Below are positions 45,176 to 57,981 of a DNA stretch of 64,000 bases, piece after piece. The position numbers and the translations under genes are program-made. Position 1 is the first letter of the stretch; each line of letters starts with the position of its first letter. Location: contig OX597819.1 in NCBI GenBank assembly GCA_951406725.2, forward strand, positions 25,916,001 to 25,980,000, written 5' to 3'. The notes beneath the pieces were generated by a model that worked only from the letters and a program-made list of their open reading frames with translations, was not told where the DNA came from and made no database searches. The stretch comes from Octopus vulgaris (Eukaryota).

Positions 45176-45583
45176 GGCGCAGGAGTGGCTGTGTGGTAAG
45201 TAGCTTGTTTACCAACCACATGGTTCTGGGTTCAGTCCCACTGCGTGGCACCTTGGGCAAGTGTCTTCTACTATAGCCTCGGGCTGACCAAAGCCTTGTG
45301 AGTGGATTTGGTAGACGGAAACTGAAAGAAGCCCGTCGTATATATATATATATATATATTCGTGTGTGTGTTTGTGTGTCTGTATTTGTCCCCCTAGCAT
45401 TGCTTGACAACCGATGCTGGTGTGTTTATGTCCCCGTCACTTAGCGGTTCGGCAAAAAGAGACCGATAGAATAAGTACTGGGCTTCCAAAGAATAAGTCC
45501 CGGGGTCGAGTTGCTCGATCAAAGGCGGTGCTCCAGCATGACCGCAGTCAAATGACTGAAACAAGTAAAAGAGTAAAAGAGTA
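45176..45583 (+). mobile_element. tRNA-derived SINE, family B (full length)
   Basis: ggcgcaggagtggctgtgtggtaag (A box), gggttcagtccc (B box), internal TA/TG tract, tail (gagtaaaa)n. Confidence 0.93.
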
Positions 45584-47699
45584 GTTTTCATTTCAAATGT
45601 GCACTTTTAAAGTAAATAATTCAATGATACTGGTGAAAGTAATCTTATTGTAATATCACTACATGCTGGAATGAGTTCCACGAAATAATTTCCGGGAGAA
45701 TATAAGTTTATATCACATCTGAGAATCGCAGTATATGTTCTTTCGTCTTTGAAACTAGCTTTCAGTTTATATGTATTTATGAAGACTGTCTTTGCCTTAT
45801 ATGTATGTACATGTAATGCAAAGATATTAATAAATATGGCATGAGTTTGTTTGAGTAGAGTGTCTATTTTTGTAGCAGGAGGAGTACGTTGATTGATTGA
45901 AATATGTATTGGAATGGATTTAATCCCACCATTTCCTTTATAATACTATATCCAGAACTCTTGTTTGAATAAGCATCGTTAAAAGATAGGATGGCAACTG
46001 TTTTTTTGTTTAAGGTTTTTGATTAAATTCAGAACTACAGAGTTCATCACAAACTCATTTACAAACGTGCATACGCACACGCACACACATATACATGATC
46101 TGTCGGTATGTTAGACTTCGCTATTTCTCGTCCCTGCATCTAATTCGATCATCGTATTACTTTTGCTGCAGCTTGTACTTTCACTCATAAATTTTTGCTC
46201 TGCTTTTGTTGACACATCACTTTTAAAGATGTTGCAAACGGGAAAATTGATCTCTCTTCTTCACTATAGTAAGATTAACATAACTATATACATGAATCTA
46301 GATGTGGCTGAGGTTGAATTCACCGATCGTCAATTCCAGATCATGTAACTGAACATCCAGAACACCTTTTTGTAAAAAATATAATGGTGTTTGCAGTTAG
46401 TCATTGTATCACAGCGTAACCAGATATAATCGATGCACTGATATAATTCATATTACGAGTATAGATTAATCAGAAAAATCATGGGAAGGAAAACGAAATA
46501 AAGACACCATCGTCAACAATCTTAGATCCTGAATTAAAACTACTTTCATTCTTATATTCAAATGTTTCTGACGGTTTTTAAAACATCTGTGATTAAGTGT
46601 ATACCTTTTTGTGAAACTACGCTATGAGAATTCCGTATTGTATATCGAAATGAAGCTTTCAAATACGATTCTACTTGTCATGAAAACAAGATTTTTGATA
46701 ATTCATAAATGCTTTTTATTGTCAGAAAAAATACATCTGTGCTTGCTCAATTGCATCTTCGTATGGCTCTAAAATACATATCTGAAAGAAAAAGTATTTT
46801 GATCTGTCATGACTTCATGACTTTTCTGAGTTTTCATACGATTCTAGGTTTATTGGCAGTTTAGCAATGTACCTCAAATGTCTTGCTTATTGCGTTTAAA
46901 CATACATAAACTGAGCGTAGCACTGATTTAACCAGTCTTCAAAGCTATGTATTTATTGATAAATGCCGACGAAAAGTACTCAAAATCTTTCGCCAATGAA
47001 ATTCGCGTGAGCGTGTGAGTTTGTATGTATGTGTGTGCGTGTGTACATATGTGTGTATATGTATGCGTGTTTATGTGTTTTAATCGTACGTAAAGGCATC
47101 CCTATTTAATGCTGTAAAAATTACGATAAAATCATTTCATCGAATATCTGAAACTTATTCTTCGATATATTACATTCTTGAAAGATAATAATAATGAAAA
47201 GAAGAATTATAGAAAAAAAATATCAGAAAATAGTGATAATATTCCAGGAACATGCTCTATAGGCAGAAATTTTTTTATTGATTTTACCGTAAAATCATAT
47301 TAAGATGTGTTTGAGAAGAAATAAATATATTTTTCCTTTCCGCAGAATGTGTTAGCAACTAGTTTCAATCAAGAAAGTCTGAGAAAATAAAATTCTTGAT
47401 CTTTTAGGTTGTGATCTTTTAGGTTGTGATCTTAATTCCTGTTTATATTTATCTAGGTGACACGTAGAAAATCGTATCATGGCATGTAAATATTCTGTAA
47501 GTTGCTGAAAAGATTTGCACATAATTTTGTTGTTGACATACCTGAATTATGCTGGTGAAATCCTGAAATCCTGTGGGCAAGATCATCAAAAGTTGTTATA
47601 TAACTGCATGCTTCAAGACCGCAAAAAACTAATACTTGTATATAGGTTGGTAGCCTTCCATCTCATATTAGGACAGATGTTACCTACAATCGGAAAATA

Positions 47700-48065
47700 T
47701 TGGACTACAACCATGATGAAGCACCAGCTTGAAGGGTCTAGTCAAACAAGTTGAAACCAGTAATTGCATTTTAAAATTCTAGTACTTATTATTATGTCTC
47801 TTTTATCAAGTCACTAGGCTACAGAGATGTAAAGAAACTAGTAGAGTTCGTCAAACGGAGGAGGGGCAAACACACCCACTTGTCATATAAATATAAATTT
47901 ATATAAAAAGCTTCCACATAGTTTCTTTCTGTCAAATTCACTCAGACGTCATTTGTGGTTCCAAGGCTATTGTAGAAGACACTTGCCTATCGTAATGCGC
48001 AGTGGCACTAAACTTGAAACCACGCGTAGCAAAGGCAGCTTCTTAAATAAGCGAACTTGCCACTA
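47700..48065 (-). mobile_element. Degenerate family-B SINE
   Basis: aggctattgtagaagacacttgcc..cgcagtgg resembles the family-B body. Confidence 0.55.
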
Positions 48066-51000
48066 CCTATTAAGAAAACTATTTGCTAATATTAACGGGT
48101 GCTGTAGATATTTCCAAAGAATCTACTACAATATAACTGTATCTAGCACAATACAATACTGGATATAGGGCTGAAACCATCACAAAAGTTGTCAAATGGA
48201 TCGGAGTTAAGATGGAGGAAACGAAATTGTTCGATAGTGTCAGCTTTAGATTTGGCCTAACCAGAGGCGCTGAGATTAAATTAAGACACTCAGATAAACC
48301 GATAGACACATACAAAGACACACGCAGACACAGACACAGACACACACACACACGCACGCGCGCACACACAGACACACACTCACTCATCTGACTTCTGCAC
48401 AGTTTCTCTACATTTCATTTTCTCATTGTGAAGTGAACTTAACCACGCAGCTACGCTTGCACACTTTCTATCCAAAACTAAAATAACTCCGAATAAAAGT
48501 GCAAGTACTGTATAAATATAATTGAGCATTTAATCACTGTAATGGCTGGTTATAAAAGAATGATAGCAGAATATAAATGACAAGTAAAACTAATAACATC
48601 ACAGAAAAAAAATTGTAAAATGCTAAAGTTAAGTCCGCAAATACATAAAGTAAATATGCAAGATGAAGCTAAGTCATGATATAAAAGTTTATCGATCTTA
48701 CTGATATGAAATCAGCATATTTTAATACTAACTGCTTGCAAATGAACAGGGGGTAGACATTTATGTAATTCGCAAGGGAAGAACGTACTTTATTCCCCCG
48801 AGGGCAGTGGTAGCTATATTGATATAGTTGTGAGGATATTTGCGTTTTAGTAGGCTGCCATTTCATAAAAGAATATGTTATTCAGCTATTATTTCTTTAC
48901 TTTCGATTTCCTTGTCATTATCATATTTGTGTTTCTATAGATATCTAACCTTTATGGTGAAAACAATTTAGTATTTTGTTCCATATGAACGAACAGTATC
49001 AATTATCTACAGACGTTCTAGAAACAAAATGCATGCTGAATAAGTGCGGCATTATTAATCGAGAAGTTTAATAAAAACGAACATTTATGGGAGCTGAAGA
49101 GAATTGAGGAAAACGAAATGAAAGTCTTAGAAAAATGACCAAAAACTCTGGCTTTGTGATGTTGAGTACAAGTGTTAGGTACTCTGTTTACGGGAACATC
49201 ACGGTATTCAAGTATGCATGCAAAGGTTTTGAAGATAGAATACATTCATCTGTGTTCTACTTTTAATGAGGACTACATTTCCAAAACCAGTCAAATGGAG
49301 TACTTTTTAATTTTCTAGTGCTCTTCAACATTCATCGATGGTCAATTTGCTCAAAGATAAATCTTTTTCAACAAACATTAACTCAGATATTCATAAATGT
49401 TGCAGTTTAGCACCAGTTCGATTCTGAACTTAAATCTTGAAAGGACTTGGGGATCATAACGTCGTTTATGTAACAAACGTGCAAGCAGTAATATATTATA
49501 AAATTCATTAATACATGTTATACTGGAGCGTGTGGTTTAAGAGAGATTTGATTGCTATTTCTAGCAGATTTAGAGACTCTGTTGATGATCCATATTTCCT
49601 CGTGTTATTCATATCTTTGAGATTGTGACGCTTATATATGCGTTATATATGGATACATGAATTTCCTAAATATTTTGAAAAGAGAAAAGTTTATCCAAAA
49701 TTAAACACATCACATTGTTCACATTCACTTGATTTATGGAGTCACCATAGCTGTCTGTGATGAATATCTTAAATTTAGTGTAAAAATATTTATGTGTAAT
49801 CAATGTTCAGTTGACAGTGAGTAAATCAACACAAAATTATTAAAACCCAGTTAGCTGTTATAGTTTTGACTATATATTGGTAACAAAACGAATGATTATG
49901 ACAATTTGAAGACAAGATAAATTATATATGGAAATATTGATCGATACTTTCCAGTTCATAACAAATTCTATATTTGATTTATTTAGTATGAGTTCTCCGC
50001 AGCATTCGCAAATGGTTTCTAAAGTGCAAGCTAAGATCCGCGAGGTTGAGGTTGCGAATGCGAAGCGATAAATGTCCCCTTGTGGGCAATAAAGCGATAA
50101 ATGTAATTTGCCTTCCCAGTGAGCTGAGAAGTATGGTAAATTCCTAAGATACTGCAGATCGCATTTGGAGATACAATCCAGTACTACTTGGTCTGAATAT
50201 TGTGTATTTAATGCCATTTTATTTCTTTCTATATTTCTTTCTTTCTTTGTTTTTTTTCTCTGTTTCGTTCTTTCCATTTCTCCCTCTTCTATACACACAA
50301 ATACAGAGAGAGAGAGGGAGAGAGAGAGAGCGAGAGAGAGAGAGAGAGAGAGAGCTAGAGAGTGAGAACAAAAGAGAGAAAGAGCGATCAAGTGAGGGAA
50401 AGGAGTAGGACCATGCAAATAACACGAAAAGCAAAATATAACAATATTACTATTTTGTTATTAGTTTCATTCATACAATATTCTAAAGTTTCCAACGTTA
50501 TTCTTTTATCAGCTGTCTTTATAGCAAAGAGAGTTAAGTGGGATGTGTACAATTCGACTCATAAAAACAATTTAAGTATAATTAAACATCATTGCGCATT
50601 TATATCGATAAAGATTCGATAATGGCAACTATGGAAGCATATACGTGTCGCGTCACACCAATGTCGGCGAATCCGTATTTTTTTTTTACTCCTGTTGGTG
50701 TGCAATTTTTTTCGCTTTATTGGATTAAGTATGTACGAAATGTGTTCATTTCTTCCATTTTAATTAACAAAGCAGTATTATTCGGCAACGAACTAGCAGA
50801 ACGAAGAAAACGATTATTTGCATTACTTACTCTGGTATTTAATCTTCAGTTCAAATTGCACCATCAAATATGCCTAAAACTTTTTTGCGGGACAGATGAA
50901 ATAAAATACCAAGAAAATTAAGGGATCAATTTTATCTGCTAATCAAAAAAAATAATAATAAATTATTGGTTTCTATTGTGTCTTCAAATGTGAACCATTA

Positions 51001-51304
51001 TTGATAATAGATTTCTTGGTATACAATAGATATATTAATATGGTGATTTTGTTGCACACATATAAATGTCGTGTGATGTGTGTGTCTTCGTTTGTAACAC
51101 ACATATATATATATATATTTATGTGTGTGTATGTGTGTGTGTGTACACATATATATATATATGTGTATGTGTGTGTACACCAGTGGCCCAGCAACAAAAT
51201 TTGCTAAGGGGGTGAAAACCCAGTTCCTTTTTTTATGAAAGATGTGGATTTTTCCAATGTTAACATTAAAACAAATACAGGTATAATAATAATTTTTATT
51301 ATTA

Positions 51305-51800
51305 TGAGGGTCCGCTGAAATGTTCATAATCTGAGCAAGACACTCTCAATGGAATGTGACCAAATGAAGTTCATTTTCTAACATAGTTCCTCTTGCTGTC
51401 CACATACTTCCATTAGCAGTTGCAGTACTTGGGTCGCACTGGTGAAGAAGCTTTTCTGTTGATCAAAATGGTCATCAACAACAGATAAGATGTTCTCATC
51501 ATAGTGATACTGGTGCTTATCTGAGTGTTTTTCTATGTTGGGAAACAGATGATAACCAGAAGGAACCAAATCACTAACAGAGGAAGGATGATCAACCAGT
51601 CAAAGCCAGTCACACACAGCAGCCATTGAAACCAAGGACTTATGTCTTGAAGCATTGTCCTAATGAAACAAGACCCCATTCATCAGTTTTTCTGGGTGTT
51701 TGGTCTTTATAGCCTTTCATAACTACCTTAGGAAGTTGGTATTGACATTTACATTGATGGTGTGATCATTTTGAAGATAGCCAATAAACACAATATTTTG
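51305..51800 (-). mobile_element. Decayed mariner 3' half (irritans/Himar1-like)
   Basis: IVFIGYLQNDHTIN..KAIKTKHPEKLMNGVLFH*DNASRHKS..DHPSSVSDLVPSGYHLFPNIEK..; TIR-like tgagggtccgctgaaatgttc at 51305. Confidence 0.82.
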
Positions 51801-52119
51801 TGCATTAATGCATAGTATATATAATAATGTGAAGTATATTTTGCATATTAAAATGCTTAATTTTGGAAATGTATCAAACAGAGCTAAAATAAGCAGTAAA
51901 AATACAAATTTCAAGTATTTCAAAATGTGAGACACTACATGACGAAAACTAACAAAAAAAGGAAGAAAATAGTGGTGCTTGTGTTCCAAAGTTACAATGA
52001 GAAGGCTCTGGAGAAGGATAGAGAGATGGGGTAGAGGGAAGGAAGTTAGAAGGAAAGAAAATAATGAAAAGTGAAAAGATAAACTGGGCATCTGAAATGA
52101 GTACTAGGCAGGAAATTGG

Positions 52120-52305
52120 CCCCTGTTCCTGTGGCACGTAAAAGCAGCACCCACTACACTCTCAGAGTGGTTGGCGTTAGGAAAGGCATCCAGCTGTAGA
52201 AACACTGCCAGATCAGACTGGAGTCTGGTGCAGCCTCCTGGCTTCCCAGACCCCAGTCGAACCATTCAACCTATTCCAGTATGGAAAATGGACGTTAAAT
52301 AATAA
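52120..52305 (+). mobile_element. SINE 3' part, family C (RTE-like tail is an inference)
   Basis: ggttggcgttaggaaaggcatccagctgtagaaac..ccagtatggaaaatggacgttaaataataat. Confidence 0.55.
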
Positions 52306-52677
52306 TGTCTTACCTATGCACTGGTCAAGTAGAAGAACTATGAGTGATAAAAAATTGGATCGTCTTTTGGTACCAAAAAGTGAAGAAATGAATGGTCTAA
52401 ATACTGTCACGACATATTATATGAAGCCTAAACCTTTCAGTAAATCAATAGCCATTGAAGATACAGATTTGTAAACGAATGTATATAAATATATATATAT
52501 ATATGTATATATAGTGACGTATATTTGCCATTTGAATATGGCTAACCCCTAAGGGTGGATACTACTGTAGTTTGTAGCCCCAGGAAGACACCTCCTCCAG
52601 CTGGCTATATACACACTTTCTGTGCCCTATCAGCGTTTGTGAAGGGAAGTCATCCTTCCCGTCTTCGACTTATGATA

Positions 52678-52722
52678 CACACAGACTCGAGTTTCAGGGT
52701 ATTGACCCCTCATCGGCGTGTG
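52678..52722 (-). ncRNA. Minimal type I hammerhead ribozyme (U4C variant)
   Basis: cacacg-CCGATGA-ggggt caat accct-GAAAC-TCGA-GTC-tgtgtg; 6-bp stem I, 5-bp stem II, palindromic stem III, GUC site. Confidence 0.82.
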
Positions 52723-53022
52723 ACAATCATAGTTGTCGACGAGAAGTCAGTTCCCCTCACAAATACATATACTTTTTCTAGTATCGATTGACACTGATAT
52801 TGAAAAAGTGAAATCAAACAATGATAAATTTCAGAGCGAGTTATAAAGAGTAGCGGCAACACATCGTGACGTATATTTGCCATGTGAATATGGCTAACTC
52901 CTAAGGGTGGATGCTACTGTAGTTTGTAGCCCTTCACTTTTTCAATATCAGTGTCAATCGATACTGGAAAAAGTATATGTATTTGTGAGGGGAACTGACC
53001 TCTCGTCGACAACTATGATTGT

Positions 53023-53067
53023 CACACGCCGATGATAGGTCAATACCTTGAAACTCGAGTCCGTGTG
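53023..53067 (+). ncRNA. Minimal type I hammerhead ribozyme (U4C variant)
   Basis: cacacg-CCGATGA-taggt caat acctt-GAAAC-TCGA-GTC-cgtgtg; perfect 6-bp stem I; basal pair of stem II is U-U. Confidence 0.8.
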
Positions 53068-53964
53068 TATCATAAGTTGAAGACGGGAAGGACGACTTAC
53101 CTTCACAAATACTGATAGGGCACAGAAAGTGTGTGTATATAGCCAGCTGGATGAGTTGTCTTCCAGGGGCTACAAACTACAGTAGCATCCACCCTTAGGG
53201 GTTAGCCATATTCAAATGGCAAATATACGTCACGATGTGTTGCCGCTACTGTTTATAACTCGCTCTGAGATTTATCATTATATATATATATAAAACTAGC
53301 CGCCAGATCAAAGTTATTATTGAATTTCTACTAGTTTATCCCCAGGAAGATTCTCCGCTAGCTGGTTATCGGTGCAACATTGCACCCTTTATAATGCAGG
53401 TATCAGTATCGCGAGACTGATTCAGTTTCAAGCCAAATATCTGAACATTAAATGCTCACAAAGAGGTCTGCCAATTTGCAACCTGTGCCATATGTTATTA
53501 AATATATCTTATACGTTTGCAATAAAATGTTCACACAATGAAAGCTTTAAACTATTGACTTGTCAGATTTTATGCGTCAATATTGATATTTGAATTAATT
53601 GCATATATAAGGGGTTTGTCTACATAGCAAAAGTGTCCAAATATTTCTTCAAAGTAAAACTCCATTAATATCTGATTTATTGTACCTGTGAGACTAAAAT
53701 ATGCTGTTCCTTTAATGGCGGTCCCAAAATATTCTCACATAAAATTCTGTTGCATGACATTTTTTTTAAAGATGATATATTAAGACGAGGTTTCAAGAGA
53801 GTTTCTTCGCTATTTCTAATAGCCTTTGAGATATATCAGAAGCTCTCACCAATGGCACCCCACAACAATTCATGAATATCTTTTCATAATAAATCTTGGT
53901 ACACATTTTGTGACGATCATCTCTTTACATAGATGTGATGAGCTACATTACAAGTAATTTATTC

Positions 53965-54023
<59 letters not shown>

Positions 54024-54029
54024 TAAATT

Positions 54030-54705
54030 TAAATGAGGGTGAGAAATTAGACATTAATTTAATTAACATCGATTTCACACCAGAAGTCTAGCATATAAGA
54101 AAACTGAAGGTTCAGTAAAATTGTATTATAGACATATTAGAGGGAAATCACTATGTGGACATCCTTATGCTAGAAATAGATCCGCTAGGGTCTTACCACT
54201 AAGAAATGTTCTCAAGAAAAATTTAGCAAAACAACCAAAACGTAATCGAGTAGGACAAAAGAAAAAGCTATAAAAATATGGATTATTCGCATACGTGTTT
54301 CACTGTTAACATATTACGTAATTTTACTTACATAAATGTCCGTAGATCATCGGTGCGACCGTCCAGATGAATATAATTTGCAGGACTGCATATAGGACGT
54401 CCTCAAAAAGTCAGACTAGTAAACAGTTCTACCCATTACACTCGTGGTTACTATTTCAAATGTCCTCGTTTTAAATTTAAATTTAAATTAATACGTTCTC
54501 TAACCGGCAAAGGCCACTGCAGTAAAATATTATCTGCAGCATCAGTTTTTCCGGTAATTTAGGGCGCCAAAACGAGGACATTGGAAATAGTAACCACGAG
54601 TGTAACGGGTAGAACTATTTACAAATCTGACTTTGTGAGGACGGCCTAGTATGCAGTCCTGCAAATTATATTCATCTGGACGGTTGCACCGATGATATCT
54701 TGGAC
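54030..54705. mobile_element. (TA)n-adjacent non-coding element ending in a ~135-bp inverted repeat (54337-54473 / 54568-54705)
   Basis: atcatcggtgcgaccgtccagatgaatataatttgcaggactgcata vs tatgcagtcctgcaaattatattcatctggacggttgcaccgatgat; 5' part resembles the element at 56623. Confidence 0.75.
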
Positions 54706-55738
54706 GCAGGAGTATAGCTAGGAAATTCTGGCTAATCTCCCCGTATCATTTGGCTAAACGACTCCTCACCACAGATTCCATTAGAAAAGAAGAAACACTG
54801 TATTGAAAATTACGACTAAATTTTGAAAGGGTATTACATGGCGAGAAGTCATACGTTATGCAGAAAAAAACATTGACAGGTTGAAGAATTTCTGCATTCT
54901 TTAAACAAAAATGGTTCTCTAATCACTATAGATTAAGATAATCCGCCCCTAGTAAATAATATACAGAAGAATACTAATAAACAGAATTCAAAAGAAACCA
55001 TAATATCATATGATTTAGTAACTAGAAGATAACTAAATGATAGTGCATAAAGAAGTGGGTGGAAAAATTGCTATGACAAATAAAGAAATAATTAGAAAGA
55101 TTGAAGTAATTAAAATGAGTAGGAAAGATTTCTGGAAATCTAATTATATATGCTATTACTATTAAGGCATTCGTCGTGAACGCAGAATGGACTTACAAAC
55201 TCGAGGTATGCTAATGGTATATTTGCAGGGGATTAATTTAAATGATAAGGAAATCGTAACATAAGTTAACTTTTCTTCTTCAAAACATTAGACTCTAACG
55301 AAAGAATAATCAACGATTATTCGAGGCATAGATTGCATCTAGCCTTCCCTACATTATAAGGTAGAGCACTAGGTGAATATTGACCATTTGTTATCGTATT
55401 TCATGTTTTTATATATATCAACAATCCAAAGCGAATGGCGTAGAATATATTTTATGTTTCCGTGCATAAATTTTCCAGGTATTAATGAATTTACCAAAGT
55501 AATAATCCGTCTTTAAATACATATAAAAATAAATTATTTCTTACTTCGGTACTCATTGACGCATTTAGTTACATCATTATTTTTTTTCTTTTATAATCAT
55601 ATAAACACGACAGTTGTTGATGACAAGTGGGAATGTTCGATGCAAACATTTGATATCAGTTAAAATATAGGTCTTCTGACACATCCTATCATATAGAGGT
55701 AGAATCTGTCTTTCTTCACGCACATAGTGTTATATACG

Positions 55739-55855
<117 letters not shown>

Positions 55856-55931
55856 GTATACATATATACATATATACATACATAGTTGCAGTAGTTACAG
55901 TTGAAGATGATCATTTGGCTAAAAAACACGC

Positions 55932-55971
<40 letters not shown>

Positions 55972-56597
55972 ATCTCATGCATGTGCATTCATTCAGTAAT
56001 CAACCTGGAAATACATCATCAGATGCAATTTTATAACTGAGCATCAAAAGAAAAAGAGCAAAAAAAGAAGGAAAGTCAATGAAATCGACAAACACACGTA
56101 GCCTTAATAAGATTCTGCTTTTAGAAGTTACTTTTCAATGTTTCTAATAAAAATAAATGAGTATTTTGAAATTCTCTCTTCAGATGTCAATGAAATATTG
56201 TAAATGCCAATTATTTCATGTTCTTCATTATAAATAACATTCTCTATAAACTATGCTAATGATATTTTATTTGGTATACGTCCTAATAAACGAAGTTGCT
56301 TTCTGTTCACTTATATTAAAAAGTATTTTCTGGTTTAAAACTGTTTGAGATCAGACATTATAGGCCAATGCCGTGAAAGTTTTTAATCAGATTATATAAA
56401 GAAACTAGTGGCTAGCTTGGTACATATCAAGAGACATTTTTTCTTATATAACGAATTGCTAAGTCTAACTTAACCGTGTTACATAAATATTACACGATAT
56501 TTATATTTGATTTACTGAACTTAACTTATATAAATGCCGTATACAAAACCTTATCCATCCATTTTATCTATCAGTAACAATTTTCTGTTTGAAAGTG

Positions 56598-56622
<25 letters not shown>

Positions 56623-56631
<9 letters not shown>

Positions 56632-56869
56632 TAAGGGTAGAAATTGATATTTATCAATTAAGACCAGTGGTCTAGCATATTAAAAGAATCCGAAGATTAA
56701 AATATTTATATATACCAATTAAGGACTGAACACGAAAAGTGGACAGTATGCTAGATATATATATGTTCTCAGATACTCAACAGTTGAATTTGATCTGAGA
56801 ACATATATGGCGATTTGACGTCTATATCTAGCATGTTGACTGTCCACTTTTCGTGTTCAGTCCTTAATT

Positions 56870-56880
<11 letters not shown>
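56623..56880. mobile_element. (TA)n-embedded element with nested palindromes
   Basis: Outer arms taccaattaaggactgaacacgaaaagtggacagt / actgtccacttttcgtgttcagtccttaattggta (perfect); inner hairpin atatatgttctcagat / atctgagaacatatat. Confidence 0.8.
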
Positions 56881-56903
<23 letters not shown>

Positions 56904-57639
56904 TAGATATGTGTGTGTATGTATGTATATATGTGTATACCTATATATATATATATATTTGCCTGTAACTATTTCATTAAAATTACGTCTTCTGTTTCAT
57001 TTACAAAGGATTAGTTGTTACATCCTTTTAATATTTCGTCCTTTGGATACTGAAAATATAACATCGGCTGCAAAATATTTTCGACTTGCAAAGCATTTTC
57101 ATTTTTGACGCGGAAGGATGAAAGTCAAAAAATATCTGAACATGAAACTCAACTCTGTACACGCAAAGATATGACCAATTAGAAAAACAATACATTGGAT
57201 ACTCCGCTTTTTCTACCATCCAACATCATCATTATTTCCTCGCATTTCTTGCACCTGTTAGCTATCAACTTATAAGTCATTTTTATGCCATTAAGTATCT
57301 GTATTTGCAATCTTGTTGTGCGAGTGAGATCTGGTAGCACAGTCCAAGGACAAACATTCTCTACTATAAACTCTGTTTTGCCAGTAATGTCAGATCTCAA
57401 TATTGCAAGTAGAAAATCTGCAGAATTATGTGGGATGTATCGGGAGAGTGTAGAATCTAGTTGCAGGGCTTTACAATTCAGTTGTAATGTAAGTATATAC
57501 ATCAACCAGAATAGTCAGAATACAATCTCTCATAAAAATAAAAACCATCTGCAAATTCTGTGCTGGTTGCTACATTCATATAAATCATAACATATCGTAT
57601 ATATATATATATATATATATATATGTGGATATATAAATC

Positions 57640-57689
<50 letters not shown>

Positions 57690-57815
57690 GGTCCCAGGTT
57701 GAGTCGGGGTTAACCACAGTAAATAAGGTACTCAATACATACTAGAGTAAATGAGCTTCCTGATCATTTCTTTTGAATGAAACAGTTCTAGTCTTGTAGA
57801 AGCTCCTTCTATAAA

Positions 57816-57859
<44 letters not shown>

Positions 57860-57940
57860 GAGTGGACAAACGAAAGAAGGAGACTCAACAAATTTATTGG
57901 GGTTAGATGTAAGGATGAAAATAGTTTGATTCAAATTTGT

Positions 57941-57981
57941 TGGTACTCTTCAGTTTCAAGCGTGATGCTAGTCGTCAGCCA
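57941..57981 (-). ncRNA. Type I hammerhead ribozyme motif overlapping a 62-bp palindrome (57959-58020)
   Basis: Minus strand tgg-CTGACGA-ct agc atcac gct t-GAAACT gaag AGTA-cca; intact core, 3-bp stems I, II and III. Confidence 0.62.

Larger units (their letters stand above)
52514..53279. mobile_element. Hammerhead-bearing 352-bp unit: 1.2 direct copies (52514-52932) plus one inverted, permuted copy (52933-53279), inserted in (TA)n; retrozyme / Penelope pseudo-LTR-like
   Basis: gtgacgtatatttgccat recurs at 52514 and 52866 (period 352); 52933-53279 is the reverse complement of 52820-52865 joined to 52514-52812; TA tracts on both sides. Confidence 0.88.

Noticed and set aside
49870-50418. 182-aa minus-strand ORF
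   Set aside because: About half is (CT)n/(GA)n low-complexity sequence; no recognisable domain in the rest.
52514-52932. CRISPR-like or LTR interpretation of the direct repeat
   Set aside because: Only one partial repeat, no spacers, no TG..CA ends, PBS or PPT; eukaryotic context.
54285-54550. CTGATGC ... GAAACACGT as a long-range hammerhead
   Set aside because: Core is altered, there is no NUH site or stem I, and the halves are ~240 nt apart.
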